Shown here piece by piece: positions 63,001 to 64,000 of a DNA stretch of 64,000 nt (its first letter is position 1; each line of letters opens with the position of its first letter). The notes below the pieces were generated by a model. The model was not told the DNA's origin and ran no database searches. It worked only from the letters and a program-made list of their open reading frames with translations. This DNA is from Thecamonas trahens ATCC 50062 (Eukaryota; Protista; Apusomonadida): contig NW_013657647.1 in the NCBI RefSeq assembly GCF_000142905.1, forward strand, positions 241,828 through 305,827. Reading direction: 5' to 3'. Position numbers and translations under genes: made by a program.

Positions 63001-64000
63001 CTAGGAGGTATTGTTGGGCGCAGCCGCGTTGGCCGGCGGCGAGCCGGAGAGATTCTCTTTGGCAGCGTCGTTGGCCGCCGCCGGCTGCGCCGCCTTTTTG
63101 CGCAGGCCGGCCTTGAAGGCGCGCATGCGGGCGCGGGCCTTACCGGCGGCCGACGGTGCGGTGCGGGAACGGGTGCCGCGGGCGAGCAAATACCCGATGG
63201 GATCGCCGGGCGAGGGGTCGGCAGCGTTGCCAATCCGCCACATGTTGACCGTCGCCGACGCCTTGCCCGACTTTGAGCGGCGCTTGGCCGGTGGCGGCGC
63301 GACGTCGACAAAAAACGCCGACGATGAGACCGACGATGACGACGACGCCGCCGAGGATGCGGCCGGCGGGGGCTTGGCCTTGGTCGATCGCGCCTTGGCC
63401 GTGGCAAGCGCGTTGCGCTTGCGAAGCCAGGCAGCAGCCGACGAGCGCGCACCGGCCAACGAGCCGTACGCAGAAAGCTCGAGCCTGTTAAACGGGTTGG
63501 TGGCAGCAAGATCGAGGGCGGCAATGGCAATCGTCTTGCCAATGTGCCGCCAGATCTCAGGTGTGTAGCGGGCGGCCGAGCGCTGCGGGCGCGGCGGGGT
63601 GAGCGAGCGGCGCGACGACGACGCGGCTTGCGGAAAGGCGTCGGCGTTGGCGGCGGGCGCGAGGCCGTTGGCTAGGTTGCCCGAATGGTAGTTGGATTCG
63701 AGGGTGTAGCAGTGCCGAATGCCTGTGGCGGCATGGATGCCGACCCGGCCCGAGCCGGCCTTGGACATGCCGTCGCGCTTGTCGACCGCGGCCATGCCGG
63801 CCGATGAAAAGTCGCAGGCGTCGAGCTCAAAGTGTGGCGAGTTGACCTCGAGGAGCTTGGCGTAGAGGACGTTGGCAAGCATGGCGTCGGGCGCGTCAAG
63901 CGCGTTGCCGAAAACAAAGATGCCCTTGCGCGAGGCGTGCGAATGGAGGTCGATGTAAAAGTCGACCGGCGGGCCGGCGCCCGAGCTGGCGTCCGATGTC
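63001..64000 (-). CDS. AGBL5: Cytosolic carboxypeptidase CCP5/AGBL5-like (tubulin deglutamylase); 5' end outside window
   Basis: FYIDLHSHASRKGIFVFGN, DKRDGMSKAGSGRV and YTLESNY motifs. Confidence 0.85.
   Translation of the reverse strand, partial: TSDASSGAGPPVDFYIDLHSHASRKGIFVFGNALDAPDAMLANVLYAKLLEVNSPHFELDACDFSSAGMAAVDKRDGMSKAGSGRVGIHAATGIRHCYTLESNYHSGNLANGLAPAANADAFPQAASSSRRSLTPPRPQRSAARYTPEIWRHIGKTIAIAALDLAATNPFNRLELSAYGSLAGARSSAAAWLRKRNALATAKARSTKAKPPPAASSAASSSSSVSSSAFFVDVAPPPAKRRSKSGKASATVNMWRIGNAADPSPGDPIGYLLARGTRSRTAPSAAGKARARMRAFKAGLRKKAAQPAAANDAAKENLSGSPPANAAAPNNTS

Overview
GC-rich, gene-dense, intron-poor eukaryotic draft sequence with six N-gaps. It is probably a unicellular flagellate; an apusomonad such as Thecamonas is a plausible guess from composition and gene content only. 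I can support about 32 protein-coding genes and found no rRNA, tRNA, CRISPR array or clear transposon. Recognisable genes include COQ8, a GDP-fucose transporter, WDR61/SKI8, MFSD13A, NEK10, DCAF7, PIKfyve/Fab1, mitochondrial MetAP, PheRS and IF2, an Angel/CCR4-type nuclease and CCP5. Manual splicing reveals genes the ORF track hides or fragments: a 3-exon MLO-like membrane protein, a 4-exon Cys-rich secreted lysozyme and a 2-exon homologue of a plant NPU-like membrane protein. Other notable items are a small D-box plus Spo12-motif protein, a mitochondrial IF2 lacking domain IV, a PIKfyve with an N-terminal transmembrane segment, a bacterial-type phospholipase fused to a WW domain, convergent gene pairs that nearly always abut or overlap, a hairpin-forming minisatellite and an isolated AT-rich island. 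All family assignments come from motif recognition, not database searches.
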